In this document: positions 19,392 through 29,397 of the stretch, piece by piece
Position numbering within the stretch: position 1 is the first letter of the stretch
Layout: every line of letters starts with the position of its first letter
Assembly (NCBI GenBank): GCA_947167045.1
Contig: CAMVGO010000003.1
Span: 30,065 to 94,064 of the forward strand
From: an uncultured Clostridia bacterium
GTDB taxonomy: Bacteria > Bacillota > Clostridia > Saccharofermentanales > Saccharofermentanaceae
Length of the DNA: 64,000 nucleotides
Direction of reading: 5' to 3'
Program-made: the position numbers and the translations under genes
Notes under the pieces: model-generated
The model's database searches: none
Told to the model about the DNA's origin: nothing
The model's input: only the letters and a program-made list of their open reading frames with translations

Positions 19392-20402
19392 ATGAGACGT
19401 TTTCTTTCAGTTGCAGCGGTATTGTCATTATGTGTTTTACTGGTCTGTTCTTGTACGGAAAAGGAAGACCGCACGTATCTGTACAACAATACGGATTATG
19501 AGGACAGATACAATGATGCGATGGACCTCCTTTATGCAGGTGAATACAGGGCGGCAAGAGACGGATTCGATCTTCTGAACGGATACGGTGACAGCATTGA
19601 AATGAGAAGACAGGCCAATGCGTGTATTATCCGTTCTGAAGGCGTCAGTGAAGGAGAGATAATAGAGTTCGGCGATTATAACGGCTGTATCAACTGGCTC
19701 GTTCTGGAAGTTAAAGGAAACAAGGCGCTCATCATTTCCGAGGATGTCATAAGCAGAAAAGAATTGAACAGGAGCATCCCGGGATGGGAGACCGGAGCGA
19801 TACGCGAATGGCTGAACGGAACTTATGCCGATGAGACATTTACCGATTTCGAGCGCTCGGTGATCGCGGATGTGAAAACTGAAAAAGTTTTCATACTGAC
19901 CAAGAATGAGGCACAGGAATATTTCGATGATGAGGAAGATATCGATAATGCATGCGGTGTGAGCGGAATACGTCCCGCCGTCTGGATAGAACTGTCTGAT
20001 ATGGCAAGGAACGGCAGCGCGGAAGACTCAGTGGAGACTTCAGGTACGGAGATGCCGGATGATGTACGGCAATTGTATGATTATGTCTATGAAAACATCA
20101 ATCTTATGGGAACGGTCATTGAATATCCCGTCAGATATGATGTAAACAAAGACGGGCATGAAGATCTTTGTGCCACGGTTACTACCGGAAGCGGGATCGT
20201 CACGACACTTGTTGCCGTGTATGATGTCCGAAACGGAAAGGGATATATGCTTAATGACCGCACGGAATACGATTACAGGATAAGGGGCGTGGAAGGTGAT
20301 GATCTTACCGTTGTCAGACAGGATTATCAGGGCGGACGCGGGACAGTGGTAAGCGGCACGGTCGTAATCGAAGACGGAGTACTTGTTTTCATTACCGAGT
20401 GA
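19392..20402 (+). CDS. Lipoprotein with TPR-like segment and DUF6273-like domain
   Basis: SD AGGAG, signal peptide ending VCSC; IEFGDY..WLVLEV..ALIISE..IREWLN..KVFIL..GIRPAVWI. Confidence 0.65.
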   Translation: MRRFLSVAAVLSLCVLLVCSCTEKEDRTYLYNNTDYEDRYNDAMDLLYAGEYRAARDGFDLLNGYGDSIEMRRQANACIIRSEGVSEGEIIEFGDYNGCINWLVLEVKGNKALIISEDVISRKELNRSIPGWETGAIREWLNGTYADETFTDFERSVIADVKTEKVFILTKNEAQEYFDDEEDIDNACGVSGIRPAVWIELSDMARNGSAEDSVETSGTEMPDDVRQLYDYVYENINLMGTVIEYPVRYDVNKDGHEDLCATVTTGSGIVTTLVAVYDVRNGKGYMLNDRTEYDYRIRGVEGDDLTVVRQDYQGGRGTVVSGTVVIEDGVLVFITE

Positions 20403-20494
20403 TTGATATCAGCAGTAATGGTATACTTATATGAAGTGGCGGAACTTCATGACGGAGTTTCCGAAAGAATGCTATGCAGATGTAAGGGGATATT

Positions 20495-21493
20495 ATGAGG
20501 AAAAAGGAGATGCTTAAGAGGCGTTATGCCAAATGGGGCTACATCTTTGTTATCCCGTTTATCATTGCATTCTTTGTATTCCATTTCTGGCCTTTGGGAA
20601 AGACGATAATCCTTGCTTTTACAGACCTCAGAGGCGTGGGTAATACAGACTGGCGTTTCCTTCCTTCGATAGACAAACCGTGGTATGCGAATTTCACGAG
20701 TATCCTTCAGACCAAGATGTTCAAGAAGGCGTTTGTAAATACCTTCGTGTTCTGGATAGCGGAGACTGTTCCCGAATGGATATTCGCATTCTGGCTTGCA
20801 GCGATAATGACCGACAGAAGGTTTAATATCAAGGGCAAGTTCCTTTTCAGGACTGTATATTTCCTGCCGAGACTGATATCCGCGATGACGATGGGTACCG
20901 CATTTCTGGCGGTCATGGGACTGACGCTTCCGAAATTTCTTGAGACTTTGTTCACGATAATCGCGCTCGACGGATTCGGTATCGAAACTGATGATCTGTC
21001 GTTCCTGTGGAATTCACCGTTCTGGATCGTTCTTGTAAATACTTATATGCACTTCGGTTTTACGTTTATTTATGCATATGCGGGCATAACAAGCGTTCCT
21101 ACCGAGGTGTTCGAAGCCGCAGAGATAGACGGCGCCACCAGGACCCAGACATTCTTCCGAGTTACGCTTCCCTGTATGCGTCCCATCGTGCTATATATTG
21201 CAGTCATGTCCATCCTTGACGGTCTCGGAATGTGGGAGATATCTTCTGCGATCGGCGGCGATCACGACGCGCAGAATGCCAATACCACGATAATGATGTT
21301 TATCCGTAACCAGGCGTTCGACGGAGGATTCTACGGCAGAGCGTCTGCCATGAGTGTACTGCTTCTGATCATCTATGGCGTAGTGTCGGCATTTGCATTC
21401 TATCTGCTCAGAGACAAGGATGAGGCGGAGCTTAAGAAACTCCGCAGAAAACAGCGCCACGAAGAGAAACGAAAGCTCGAAGCGAAGGTCTGA
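20495..21493 (+). CDS. Carbohydrate ABC transporter permease (orphan)
   Basis: GYIFVIPF, FRTVYFLP, EAA loop VFEAAEIDGATRTQTFFRVTLP. Confidence 0.85.
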   Translation: MRKKEMLKRRYAKWGYIFVIPFIIAFFVFHFWPLGKTIILAFTDLRGVGNTDWRFLPSIDKPWYANFTSILQTKMFKKAFVNTFVFWIAETVPEWIFAFWLAAIMTDRRFNIKGKFLFRTVYFLPRLISAMTMGTAFLAVMGLTLPKFLETLFTIIALDGFGIETDDLSFLWNSPFWIVLVNTYMHFGFTFIYAYAGITSVPTEVFEAAEIDGATRTQTFFRVTLPCMRPIVLYIAVMSILDGLGMWEISSAIGGDHDAQNANTTIMMFIRNQAFDGGFYGRASAMSVLLLIIYGVVSAFAFYLLRDKDEAELKKLRRKQRHEEKRKLEAKV

Positions 21494-22858
21494 TCAGGAT
21501 TCCGTTTTAAATTGTTTTTCCTTACGGAGGATAGCCTGTTCTTCTTTGTCAGGTTCTTTTTCGCTACTGTCTTCGATCTTTTTGACAGGCGCGGGAATAT
21601 CTTTTTTCTTATCCCTGAACAACAGTTTCAGGATACGGTCCGTAAGCTTCTGTTCTCCGACGCCGAAGAGGGTGGAGAAGGCCAGGACACAAATTGCAAA
21701 GAGCAGGAAATTGCCTTTGCCGTAATCGAAGAGAACCGGGAAAGTCATAAACCTGAAAAACGTGATGACGGCTAGGTTCATGAGATATGTATGGAGTGAA
21801 TACTTGCCGAAGAAAGCAAGCACCGGATTCTTTACGTGATACTTCATCATGAAGACGAATATCGTCAGCGGCACCACTGTGAGAAGCGGTATCTGGCAGA
21901 AGTAGGATACGATCTTATTACCGATATCAGGTCCGTTGCCGTTAAACTCTGTCCAGTAACCGAACACCGACTGACCGAAAGAAGAGAGTCCGTAGAGGAT
22001 GACGGTGATAACGAGAAGAATATGGAACTTGAGTGCATATGCCTTTTTGAAGAATGCAGCTATCTTCTTTTCGTAAGTTGCGAAAACGAGACCCGTCAGG
22101 AATGCGGGCGCCGCATTGACCCACCACTCGCCGCTGAACCAGAATACGTTGTCGTACATCCACCACTCGGCGTTCATCTGTCCTTCTTCAGTCGTCCACC
22201 AGTTCTCGGGTCCTGCCCACCATGCGAAATGTCCGTTGAAGCAGAATCCGATACCCATTGCTATCATGAAGACGAATATGATGACAAAGCATACCGGACG
22301 GTTCTTGATAAAACGGAAGCAGAGGTAGAACATAAGATACAGGATCGCGAGTACTATCGGGAACCACGCGTAGGTGTTCATCATCGTAAGTCCGGTTAGG
22401 TTAGTGACCCACTGCAATTTCTCGAGTCCCATCTTCGTGATGAAGAAGAAAAGACCGTAGATCCAGGCGTTTATATAGAACGGAACGACAAGGGTCTTAA
22501 CTATCCTTTTGCTGATGAAACCTTTAAGATAATTTTTCTTGGAATCGAAACTCTTGATAAGTCCGTATCCTGAACAAAAGAAGAAGATGGCAACGAAGTA
22601 AACGCCTGCATTGACGAATGCGGAAAGGACGCCTTCCTCCTGCAGCATGTATTCCTGTGAGATGTGATGGAGCATGACTCCGATGGCTGCGATTCCTCTT
22701 AGGGATTTCATTACTTCGAGACTGGTATAGTCTTCGTTGAATTCATCTTTTCTGCCGAACTTGTTTGTTCCGCCCCAGATAAAAAGAACGATAAAAAGAT
22801 AGCAACAGACGATGTCTGCGATCTTCCATACGCTCAGTCCGTTAAGAAACTCGGCCAT
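21494..22858 (-). CDS. Acyltransferase family 3 (OafA/OatA-like membrane O-acyltransferase)
   Basis: LRGIAAIGVMLHH, VAIFFFCSGYGL, WF, FFGKYSLHTYL; polytopic membrane protein. Confidence 0.82.
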   Translation of the reverse strand: MAEFLNGLSVWKIADIVCCYLFIVLFIWGGTNKFGRKDEFNEDYTSLEVMKSLRGIAAIGVMLHHISQEYMLQEEGVLSAFVNAGVYFVAIFFFCSGYGLIKSFDSKKNYLKGFISKRIVKTLVVPFYINAWIYGLFFFITKMGLEKLQWVTNLTGLTMMNTYAWFPIVLAILYLMFYLCFRFIKNRPVCFVIIFVFMIAMGIGFCFNGHFAWWAGPENWWTTEEGQMNAEWWMYDNVFWFSGEWWVNAAPAFLTGLVFATYEKKIAAFFKKAYALKFHILLVITVILYGLSSFGQSVFGYWTEFNGNGPDIGNKIVSYFCQIPLLTVVPLTIFVFMMKYHVKNPVLAFFGKYSLHTYLMNLAVITFFRFMTFPVLFDYGKGNFLLFAICVLAFSTLFGVGEQKLTDRILKLLFRDKKKDIPAPVKKIEDSSEKEPDKEEQAILRKEKQFKTES

Positions 22859-22968
22859 GCTTCACCTCATATATAATAATCACCATGCATATTGTCGCAC
22901 AAAGAAGCGGTCCAGTCACGTTTGTTCTGAACTTTAATATTTTGTTTTCTTGTTCCGTGGTGAATGGA

Positions 22969-24245
22969 TCAGTGATGAAATTTCTGCGGAAGTAAACGGA
23001 ATGAACCCTTGTGTATCTTATGTTTTGCGGGAACGTGTATTTTGATCTCTCTTGAAGGAAGTGAGACTTTTGATCTGAAATAAGCCTTATATCTGATCCA
23101 TGCGGTAACGCCGCTGAGAAGCCATACAAAACCGGAAGCAAGCCAGATACCGGCTTCTCCGTATCCGAGATAAGATGTGATGAGAAAAGGTATCGTGAAT
23201 CTTCCTATGACTTCTATTATGCCGTTGAACAACGCGAAGAATGCGTCGCCCAAACCCGTGAGCACACCGCATACAACATAGATGAGACCGAGCGAAAGAT
23301 AGAACAGGCTCGTGATCTTAAGACCTTTTGCACCGTAGTTCTGCCCGCTGAATGTTGCGAGAGAAGCTGCAAGCGTCATGTATGGCTGGTGGATGAACTG
23401 CTCGATCCTGTTGGTTGCCGTAAATGCAGTGATCGCAGTAGTGCCGAAGCCGTTTACCACGAACTGGAGAGCCATTGACGATACCGCGATGAGACCGAAC
23501 TGCAATGACATCGGGACACCGAGACGCACGACATTGAAAACCATCTTGAATGATATTGCAATGTCTTCACGCGTGATCTTGAAATAAGGATTCTTTTTAT
23601 ATGCATAGATACCGCAGAGAATGACTGAGATAAACTGCGCGATGACCGTCGCCAAAGCGGCGCCCATAACGCCCATCGGGATGACGCAGACAAAAAGGAT
23701 ATCCATTACCACGTTTATGATGGTCGAAACGATAAGGAAATACAAAGGACTCTTTGAGTTTCCGAGTGCTTGAGCATTGATGAAAGATAATTATACAGAG
23801 AAACGAACAGGAGTCCGACGCACATGAAGCGCGTATAAAGAACCGCATCGGTCATTATGTTGTCAGGTGTGGCGAGCAGCTTCAGAAGAAGCGGGCTTAA
23901 GAAAAAACCGGTTAATCCGAACAGCACGGGAGTGATCAGCATGATAAGGCCTGTATTAACGATGCACTTTCTGACATTGCTGTCATCGTGAGCTCCGTAA
24001 TACTGCGATACGACAACTCCTCCGCCGCTTCCTATGCCGTTGCAGAGTGCAAAAAAGAGAAAGGTTATAGAAGATGTAGCACCTACAGCGGCGAATGCCT
24101 CCGAACCGAGAACATTACCAACGATCATCGAGTCGGCGAGGTTATAGATCTGCTGGAAGACGTTGCCGATCAGTGTCGGCAGCGCGAACATCAAGATATG
24201 CCGGGTCGGGCTTCCCTGAGTCATGTCTGTGATATTGCTCTTCAT
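22969..24245 (-). pseudogene. MATE efflux transporter, frameshifted and internally deleted
   Basis: DMTQGSP..FALP..GNVFQQIYNLADSMIVG; frame breaks at SML|(R)ALGNSKSPLYFL near 23770; GQNYGAK joined directly to GLKITSLFY. Confidence 0.85.
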
Positions 24246-24441
24246 GCATTCATCTCCCGTGCTTATTTTCGGAACGATGAGATTATAGTATTGACTGTCT
24301 GATCAGCCCTCTCACTAATAGACATCCGGGTTATCATTTTTTGTCAGGATATATCAACAAGATACGGACATTAAATGACACAAACTTGAAAGTCCGGCCG
24401 GCGGCCGGATGTTATAATATCCGTAAGGCAGGTAATATCAT

Positions 24442-25311
24442 ATGGATTACAGCAATTACGAGATATACGATTTTGATCATGTAGGCGCGTTCAATATGTC
24501 CACCGGCTTCAAAGAGAGAAGCTATCAGGCACATTGGCATTCTTACGGTGAGATCCTGCTGGTCGCACCGAGCGAGACGAACATCTATTGCATCGGAAAG
24601 AATACTTATGAACTTGATACGGATGATATCGTCATCGTATGGCCGATGGAGATGCATTCGACCGTTGACGCGAACCGGGAAGATTCTCTGGTCATTCAGT
24701 TCTCCAATGCGTTCATCAATTCGCTCTTTGACTTAAGGCGCATCATGCACATGTACCGCAATCTCCATACTGTCTGCGTCAAGTCTCATCCGGAGCTTGC
24801 GGCGAAGCTGAAGGATATTATTTTCCAGATGAGGGATATCTTTGTGGCTGAAAGATCTGACCGTGAGATCAGATGCTGCATGCTCCTAATGGAGTTTATG
24901 CTGACACTGTATGAATACAGAAAAGAACTTACTCCGGAACTCAGCGAAGAGGATACGCCGAGTTTCGGCGGTGATGTAATGAAACGCATGCTGATGGTAA
25001 CCGATTACATCAAGAACAATCTGACGGCAGATGATCTGTCTCAGACCGCAATGGCACAGATGGCCGGGATCAGCCGCGAATATTTTTCCAGGATATTTAA
25101 GAACGTTACCGGAATGAATTACAGCAAGTGGCTGAACATGATAAGGCTCGAAAAGGCAACAGCGCTTCTTGCAGAGGAGGGAAGGACACTGACCGAGGTC
25201 GCGATGCTGTCCGGATTCCAGAGCATACCGAGCTTCAACAGAGTTTTCCGTGAGGAGAAGGGAATGGCTCCCGGCGAATACAGATCGCTGTTCGTCGGAA
25301 GCGGCAAATAA
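24442..25311 (+). CDS. AraC-family transcriptional regulator (cupin plus HTH), divergent from the MATE gene
   Basis: AHWHSYGEI; SREYFSRIFK..G; LTEVAMLSGFQSIPSFNRVF..GMAPGEYR. Confidence 0.92.
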   Translation: MDYSNYEIYDFDHVGAFNMSTGFKERSYQAHWHSYGEILLVAPSETNIYCIGKNTYELDTDDIVIVWPMEMHSTVDANREDSLVIQFSNAFINSLFDLRRIMHMYRNLHTVCVKSHPELAAKLKDIIFQMRDIFVAERSDREIRCCMLLMEFMLTLYEYRKELTPELSEEDTPSFGGDVMKRMLMVTDYIKNNLTADDLSQTAMAQMAGISREYFSRIFKNVTGMNYSKWLNMIRLEKATALLAEEGRTLTEVAMLSGFQSIPSFNRVFREEKGMAPGEYRSLFVGSGK

Positions 25312-25324
25312 AGGAGAAAATTTT

Positions 25325-26449
25325 ATGGAGAAATCAAAGGTATACTTTACGGATTTCAGGACCGGTCTGGGTGTCCCGCTCACTATGAAACTGCAGAAGC
25401 TGATAAGGCTCGCGGGAATAGGCGACATCGACATGGATGGAAAGTTTGTTGCGATCAAGATGCATTTCGGTGAACTCGGAAATCTCGCATACTTAAGACC
25501 GAATTACGCAAAGGCAGTTGCCGATGTTATAAAGGAGAAGGGCGGCATGCCTTTTCTTACCGACTGCAATACCCTGTATCCCGGCAGCCGCAAGCATGCG
25601 CTCGAGCATATGGACTGCGCGAACATCAACGGCTTTAATACGGTCACAACAGGATGTCAGATAATCATCGGCGACGGACTCAGGGGAACGGATGACATCA
25701 TAGTTCCCGTGCCAAACGGTGAATACTGCAAGGAAGCATATATCGGACGTGCCGTAATGGATGCGGATATCTTCATCTCACTCACACATTTCAAAGGACA
25801 TGAGCAGGCCGGATTCGGAGGTGCGATCAAGAACATCGGCATGGGATGCGGCAGCCGTGCCGGAAAGATGCAGCAGCACCAGAGCGGACATCCCCATGTC
25901 ATTACGGATATGTGCAGAGGCTGCAGGAGATGCGCTAAGGAATGCGGTTCTGCAGCCATCAGTTATGATGACGGCAAGGCATGGATAGATCCTGATAAGT
26001 GCAAGGGCTGCGGACGCTGTATCGGAGCCTGTGCTTTCGATGCCATAGAGAACGACAACTGGAATGCGGCATCGCTCCTCGGGTGCAAGATGGCGGAATA
26101 TACGGCAGCCGTAATCAGCGGCAGACCGAATTTTCACATCAGTCTGATAACGGATGTCTCTCCGAACTGCGACTGCCACGGCGAGAACGATGCGCCGATC
26201 CTGCCGGATATCGGAATGCTCGCATCTTTTGATCCCGTCGCTCTGGATCAGGCTTGCGTCGACTTGTGCTCAAAGGCTGAACCGATAAGAAACAGCCAGC
26301 TCGGCGACAACATGGCAAGTGCGCATTTCCACGATCACGGTGACCACTGGCACAACAGCAATCCGAACGTCTCATGGGCAGAAACACTTGAGCACGCCGA
26401 AAAGATCGGCATCGGCTCACGAGAGTATGAACTGGTGAAGATGAAGTAA
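25325..26449 (+). CDS. DUF362-domain Fe-S protein with two 4Fe-4S ferredoxin motifs
   Basis: KMHFGELGN, TDCNTLY.GSR, HFKGHE..GFGGAIKNIGMG, two CxxCxxC motifs, SPNCDC. Confidence 0.88.
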   Translation: MEKSKVYFTDFRTGLGVPLTMKLQKLIRLAGIGDIDMDGKFVAIKMHFGELGNLAYLRPNYAKAVADVIKEKGGMPFLTDCNTLYPGSRKHALEHMDCANINGFNTVTTGCQIIIGDGLRGTDDIIVPVPNGEYCKEAYIGRAVMDADIFISLTHFKGHEQAGFGGAIKNIGMGCGSRAGKMQQHQSGHPHVITDMCRGCRRCAKECGSAAISYDDGKAWIDPDKCKGCGRCIGACAFDAIENDNWNAASLLGCKMAEYTAAVISGRPNFHISLITDVSPNCDCHGENDAPILPDIGMLASFDPVALDQACVDLCSKAEPIRNSQLGDNMASAHFHDHGDHWHNSNPNVSWAETLEHAEKIGIGSREYELVKMK

Positions 26450-26482
26450 TCTCGTCCGCTGCCTGTTTTGATGATTGAAACT

Positions 26483-26520
26483 AAAAGACCGTCTCATCAA
26501 TGTTTGAGACGGTCCTTTTG
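26483..26520. terminator. Bidirectional terminator between the convergent DUF362 and mscL genes
   Basis: AAAA-GACCGTCTCA...TGAGACGGTC-CTTTT. Confidence 0.8.
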
Positions 26521-26542
26521 TTGTTGCTAAGTTGAAATAAAT

Positions 26543-27010
26543 TTATTTCTTCTGTGCCTTGAGGAGATCCTTGATCTCTGTGAGGAGTTTGACCTCGTCA
26601 GAAGGTTCGGGTGCAGGAGCAGGTGCTTCTTCCTTCTTGCCCTTCTTTAACTTGCCGACACCGCTCTTAAGTGTGTTGATAGCCTTAAGCATGAAGAAGA
26701 GGATCAATGCCATGATGAGGAAGTTGATGATGGCTGTGATAAATGCGCCGTAATTAATTGAAACAGAAGCGAGAGTCTCAGCAACGTTCTCTTCCGGTAC
26801 GCCTGCCAACAAAGCAGCCTTATCTACCCAGGGAAGCACAAAAGATCCAGCGATATCAGCGCCGCCTAATGATGCGATTATAGGATTGATAAAGTTATCT
26901 GTGAAAGATGTAACGATATCCTTGAATGCTGCACCGATGATAACACCGATAGCCATATCAACTACACTGCCCTTTAGTGCGAATTCCTTGAATTCTGAAA
27001 TTAAACCCAT
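26543..27010 (-). CDS. mscL: Large-conductance mechanosensitive channel
   Basis: EFKEFALKGSVVDMAIGVIIGAAF, YGAFITAIINF, LLTEIKDLL. Confidence 0.95.
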   Translation of the reverse strand: MGLISEFKEFALKGSVVDMAIGVIIGAAFKDIVTSFTDNFINPIIASLGGADIAGSFVLPWVDKAALLAGVPEENVAETLASVSINYGAFITAIINFLIMALILFFMLKAINTLKSGVGKLKKGKKEEAPAPAPEPSDEVKLLTEIKDLLKAQKK

Positions 27011-27089
27011 ATGTTTTCCCTCCTGATGGATTGATATTAAAAACCTCGGGCCATAAATGACCCTGGAAGTTTTACAAATTTAAATTGTC

Positions 27090-27497
27090 TTATGCGAACT
27101 TTCTTGCTTCTTCGGGAAGGCTGTTGATGTCACCGCTGTAGAGGATAGTAGCTTCTACAGGTGTATCCTTCAAGAATGCATCAAGCTTCAAAAGGAATGC
27201 GCCGAGGCCTTCGGGATCGTAGTTGTTTGCAACTTTGCAGATCGCGTCAACATAGATATGTGTTAAGTCGTAATCTTTTGAACAAATGCCGCAGATGAAT
27301 GCGAGAACCTGGTCAAAACCTTCGATGGGGTATTCCTTCATATTTACAAGACGTACTGTGGGCTTAAGAAGCTGGTCTAATCTGTTTCCTCTTTCAAGGC
27401 ATACGACGTTGCTGTCTGTAGCTGCAACTGCGTTGATGTCGTCGACGAGCTTAGCTGTTTTACCCGTACCTTTAGGTCCTGCAATAAGTTTGATCAT
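27090..27497 (-). CDS. Small conserved P-loop protein of unknown function
   Basis: MIKLIAGPKGTGKT Walker A; GICSKDYDLTHIYVD. Confidence 0.75.
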   Translation of the reverse strand: MIKLIAGPKGTGKTAKLVDDINAVAATDSNVVCLERGNRLDQLLKPTVRLVNMKEYPIEGFDQVLAFICGICSKDYDLTHIYVDAICKVANNYDPEGLGAFLLKLDAFLKDTPVEATILYSGDINSLPEEARKFA

Positions 27498-27614
27498 AAA
27501 ATGTTTTCTCCTTTGGGGATTATATTTCCATTGGATATTTGGATAAACTTATTTTACTTTATTTGCACGATTAAGAGAATATAAAAGTGTAAAAAATTAG
27601 GAACATTTTTCGGT

Positions 27615-27643
27615 TTGCACTATTCTTTTCCTTATGATAAAAT
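27615..27643 (+). promoter_or_regulatory. Sigma-A promoter of the rimP-nusA-infB operon
   Basis: TTGCAC-17 nt-TAAAAT with extended TG. Confidence 0.7.
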
Positions 27644-27671
27644 AACCGAGTTCATAAAAGAGTTTTTTACG

Positions 27672-27701
27672 AACGGACAGCGTTTTGCGTGTCCGTTTTT
27701 T
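27672..27701 (+). promoter_or_regulatory. Leader hairpin (attenuator-like) upstream of rimP
   Basis: AACGGACA-N10-TGTCCGTT followed by TTTT between the promoter and the rimP SD. Confidence 0.6.
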
Positions 27702-27720
27702 GTTGTAAGAGGAGATTGTT

Positions 27721-28185
27721 TTGGCAAAGAGATCAAAGGTGGCACAGGAAGCGTTTGAGCTTGCGGAACCTGTAGTGGCCGGATTGGGTTTTGATCTTGT
27801 CGATTGTTCCTATGTCAAAGAAGCGCGCGGGATGGTCCTGACGCTGTATATAGACAAAAAGGGCGGTATCGGGATCGACGACTGTGAGACAGTCAGCCGT
27901 GCGGTAGACCCGGTGATCGATGAGGCAGCCTCAATAGATCCGGACTTTTTTGAAGTCTCTTCTCCCGGTCTTACAAGACCCCTGGAGACAGAGAGGGACT
28001 ATAACCGTTACAGCGGCGAGAAGGTTGATATCTCCCTTTATCAGCCTCTGGAAGGTAAGAAGACCTTTACCGCGGAGATCAAGGGTGCGGAAGACGGAAA
28101 GGCAACATTCGTGTTTGATAACGGCAGCGAGGTAACGCTCAGTCTTGAGGATATCGCCAAGGCCGTACGTCATATAGATTTTTAA
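27721..28185 (+). CDS. rimP: Ribosome maturation factor RimP
   Basis: LYIDKKGGIGIDDCETVSR, EVSSPGLTRPL; TTG start with SD GAGGAG. Confidence 0.93.
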   Translation: MAKRSKVAQEAFELAEPVVAGLGFDLVDCSYVKEARGMVLTLYIDKKGGIGIDDCETVSRAVDPVIDEAASIDPDFFEVSSPGLTRPLETERDYNRYSGEKVDISLYQPLEGKKTFTAEIKGAEDGKATFVFDNGSEVTLSLEDIAKAVRHIDF

Positions 28186-28204
28186 GTTTAGGAGGAAATA
28201 TAAA

Positions 28205-29383
28205 ATGCCGAGAAAGAAGAATGAAGAGGAACCCAAGGATACAATAGTAAGTCTTGTAAAGCTCCTCGCTGAAGAAAGAGATATCGATGAAGAGGAAGTG
28301 TTCCAGGCCATCGAGAGCGGACTCGTTGCAGCTTACAGACGTGAGTTCCGTGACAATGACAACAAGGAAGTCATCAAATCCGTTAATGCCGAGATCGACA
28401 GAGAGACCGGCGAGATCTATCTCTATAAGCTCGTTGAAGTAGTCGAGGAAGTAGTCGACGAGGCAAATGAGATCTCCCTTGAGGCAGCTAAGGAACAGGA
28501 TGAGGACGTTGAAGTAGGAGACGAGATCGAGCTTGCGATCGATGTTGAGGACTTGGGACGCCTTGCTGCCAGCGCAGCAAAGAATGCGATCAACCAGAAG
28601 CTCAGAGACGCTGAAAGCGCAAAGATCGAGCAGGAGTTCTCCGGCAAGATCGGCGAGATCACTTCCGGAACCATCGTACGCAGAGACGCAAGAAATGTTT
28701 ATGTAAATATCGGACGTGCAGAAGCCGTTGTTAAGCATGACGGCCAGATCAGAAATAACCGCAACGAGCATTACGATCAGGACAGGATCATGAAGTTCCT
28801 CGTAATGGGCGTTGAGGAAGCTAACGGCAGACCTTCCGTTGTTCTTTCGAGAACAGACGCAAGACTCGTTACAAAACTCTTTGAGCTCGAGGTCCCCGAG
28901 ATCAAGGCAGGCGACGTCATCATCAGATCCGTAGCAAGAGAAGCAGGTTCCAGAACAAAGATCGCCGTTTACTCCAAGGATCCGGATATCGATGCAAAGG
29001 GTTCCTGCGTTGGCCAGAGAGGCCAGAGAGTTCAGCAGATCATGAACGAGCTCGCTGAAGAGAAGATCGACATCGTTGACTGGAAGGAAGATCCCGCACT
29101 CTTCATCAGTGAAGCTCTGCAGCCTGCAAAGGTCTCAAGAGTTGATACCGAGATCACCACAAACGAGAACGGTGAAGTCGAGAGATATGCAAAGGTAATC
29201 GTACCTGACCAGCAGTTCTCCCTCGCTATCGGCAAGAGCGGTCAGAACGTCCGTCTCGCGGCAAGACTCACAGGATTCAAGATCGACATCAAGAAAGAGT
29301 CTGACGAGAGCGTTGAAGCTTCCAAGGCACTTATCGATGACTTTAAGGTCGTTGATGATGAGACAGGCAAAGAAGATCAGTAA
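28205..29383 (+). CDS. nusA: Transcription termination/antitermination factor NusA
   Basis: LFELEVPEI, AREAGSRTKIAV, EKIDIV, SLAIGKSGQNVRLAARLTG. Confidence 0.96.
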   Translation: MPRKKNEEEPKDTIVSLVKLLAEERDIDEEEVFQAIESGLVAAYRREFRDNDNKEVIKSVNAEIDRETGEIYLYKLVEVVEEVVDEANEISLEAAKEQDEDVEVGDEIELAIDVEDLGRLAASAAKNAINQKLRDAESAKIEQEFSGKIGEITSGTIVRRDARNVYVNIGRAEAVVKHDGQIRNNRNEHYDQDRIMKFLVMGVEEANGRPSVVLSRTDARLVTKLFELEVPEIKAGDVIIRSVAREAGSRTKIAVYSKDPDIDAKGSCVGQRGQRVQQIMNELAEEKIDIVDWKEDPALFISEALQPAKVSRVDTEITTNENGEVERYAKVIVPDQQFSLAIGKSGQNVRLAARLTGFKIDIKKESDESVEASKALIDDFKVVDDETGKEDQ

Positions 29384-29397
29384 GTAAGATTGATGTT

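Noticed and set aside
19392-20402. Diversity-generating retroelement target
   Set aside because: No reverse transcriptase and no template/variable repeat pair seen in the window.
23715-23790. Programmed ribosomal frameshift in the MATE gene
   Set aside because: No slippery heptamer at the break, and a second lesion points to decay.
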